A stretch of 64,000 bases of DNA from Octopus bimaculoides (Eukaryota): NCBI RefSeq assembly GCF_001194135.2, contig NC_068992.1, positions 2,619,078 through 2,683,077 of the forward strand, written 5' to 3'. The translations under genes and the position numbers were made by a program. The notes beneath the pieces were generated by a model. It saw nothing but the letters and a program-made list of their open reading frames with translations, ran no database searches and was not told the origin of the DNA. Each line of letters starts with the position of its first letter. The first letter of the stretch is position 1. This document shows positions 62,250-64,000 of the stretch, piece after piece.

Positions 62250-62565
62250 TGTGTCTGTGTGTGTGTCTGAGTGTTTGTGTCTGTGTTTGTTTGTGTGTGT
62301 ATGTCTGTGTCTGTGTTTGTGTGTGTGTCTGTGTGTGTGTTTGTGTGTGTGTCCGTGTTTGTGTTTGTGTCTGTCTGTGTTTGTGTGTGTGTCTGTGTGT
62401 GTATGTCTGTGTGTCTGTGTTTGTGCATGTTTGTGGGTCTGTGTGTGTGTCTGTGTCTCTGTGCGTGTGTCTGTGTATGTCTGTGTGTTTGTGTCTGTGT
62501 GTTTGTGTTTGTGTGTCTGTGTGTGTGCCTTCATGTTTGTGTCTGTGTTTGTGTGTGTGTGTGTA
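62195..62565. repeat. long degenerate (GT)n/(GTCT) tract
   Basis: Read directly. Confidence 0.9.
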
Positions 62566-63045
62566 ATAACCACCACTTTGGTTATATATCTGAGTACTTC
62601 AGCCAGTCTCCTATAATTCTATAATTGTTTCTCATTTAGTTTTATATTATAATTTTAGTATAATATTATATACTTTCTCCTATTATACTATAATACTTCA
62701 TTATATTCATATAATAACTACGAGAGAATATTATTTCAATTATATTGACATTCAAATAGAGAAACTCACAGAACGCAAAACTTTACCAAAATACTTGGTG
62801 ACTTGCAATTTTAATTTCTTATTCATCCAAGAGTGATTAGTCACCAGTAATACGCGAGGTCTGAGCCAATCAACTTTATTCACTTCACCTACTGAACTTG
62901 ACTTATGTTTAGAGACCAAAATGGAGATCGGTGAATGCAGCCTAATTGAGATTTCTAGCGATGCTAAGTGAAATTCTTCTCTCTCATTCTTTGTGTTATG
63001 ACCATTATTCTCTCCCTCCTCTTTTTCTCACATACATTTCCTCTG

Positions 63046-63106
<61 letters not shown>

Positions 63107-63385
63107 TTATTTTCCCACTCATTCGTTCTCTCTCTCTTTCATACACACTTTTGACAAAATTCAAAAGAAATATCATGTGAGGATCATTCAGTACTTTTAG
63201 CTGCAGGCACCAACAGCACCTCATGAAATTTCCCGATTTTGGTTTATTTACACGACTTCTGTCAAGAAAGATAAAATATACAGAACACGAAAATAAATCG
63301 ACCCAAGTTTGCTTCAAGATTGCCATTGCTTATCTGTGATGGCCAGTTACCATTAAATCTTTCATTTCTTTGTTTCCTTTTAAAC

Positions 63386-63618
63386 CATAGGTTCCCAATG
63401 GGGGTCCACTTAAGATTTTGTCATTAAAATTAATGAACCATTAATCACTTATACGCTTTCCATACACAAAATATTTTAACAATTTCTTTTATATAATTCC
63501 TAATAATATTTAATTATAAAAATATGAGTTTTTTTTAACATTGAATAAATATGAGGGAACACTTGAACAAAATAGATATCCAAGGGGTCCATAGTCCAAA
63601 GATGGTTGAGAACCCCTG
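63386..63618. mobile_element. hAT-type MITE with 8-bp target duplication
   Basis: TIR CATAGGTTCCCAA / TTGAGAACCCCTG. Flanks TTTTAAAC and CTTTAAAC (7 of 8 match). Confidence 0.8.
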
Positions 63619-63773
63619 CTTTAAACCAGGCACTCAAACCATTCCCTAAAGGAGTACAGTCTACTCATTGACACAGGCAAGTCAGAAGAGAGAATTAAAA
63701 TGGAAAATTTATAATTTTCACTGAAATGTCAATGATGGAAGTCAAATGAAATATTTCTAAACAAGTGTGGTAG

Positions 63774-63937
63774 GTACATTATTTACATTATTTACACTAT
63801 TTACATTTGATGGATATTTGTCCTCATCTTGTTTGTTGTTAACACAACGTTTCAGCTGATGTACTCTCCAGCCTTCATCAGGTGTCCTGGGGAAATTTTT
63901 AACCTGGATTCTCATTCCTAAGTATTTTTGCGATGTT
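63774..63937 (-). mobile_element. PLE terminal-repeat unit without tRNA module
   Basis: Colinear with 10723-10897. Three AATGTAAAT-type 9-mers. Confidence 0.88.
63841..63886 (-). ncRNA. minimal type I hammerhead ribozyme, best-preserved copy
   Basis: GACAC CTGATGA A GGCTG GAGAGTACAT CAGCT GAAAC GTT GTGTT. Intact core, palindromic AACGTT stem III, GUU cleavage triplet, 5-bp stem I. Confidence 0.8.
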
Positions 63938-64000
63938 GTAATGTCAGTGTATCAATTTATACAGTTAATATATATATATATATATAAATATATATATATA

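Noticed and set aside
62964-63326. 120-aa minus-strand ORF MAILKQTWVDLFS..
   Set aside because: About a third of it is (GA)n read-through and the rest has no recognisable family signature.

Overview
AT-rich, microsatellite-dense animal genomic DNA with 10 N-gaps (8597-8629, 14607-15025, 29142-29374, 31125-31134, 32824-32939, 43176-43846, 44726-44735, 50892-51036, 52728-52850, 59267-59641). The repeat content points to a coleoid cephalopod, probably Octopus; this is an inference, not a search result. I found no recognisable host protein-coding exon, so the window looks intronic or intergenic. Almost all ORF-track entries are microsatellite, gap or repeat read-through. Content: degraded LINEs (R4/Dong-like RLE, RTE, CR1/L2), three tRNA-derived SINE families, Tc1/mariner and hAT fossils, and MITEs. 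Main discovery candidate: a Penelope-like (PLE) family present as about 13 segments. Its terminal repeat combines a tRNA-like Pol III A/B-box module, an (AAT)n linker and a minimal type I hammerhead ribozyme. The consensus read by eye from the copies is GACAC-CUGAUGA-A-GGCUG-loop-CAGCC-GAAAC-GUU/GUGUU. One copy is attached to a GIY-YIG endonuclease C-terminus, and several carry inverted partial copies. Two further hammerhead-like variants and a second tRNA-module family with the same tandem plus inverted architecture are also present. All alignments and folds were done by eye; none was computed.
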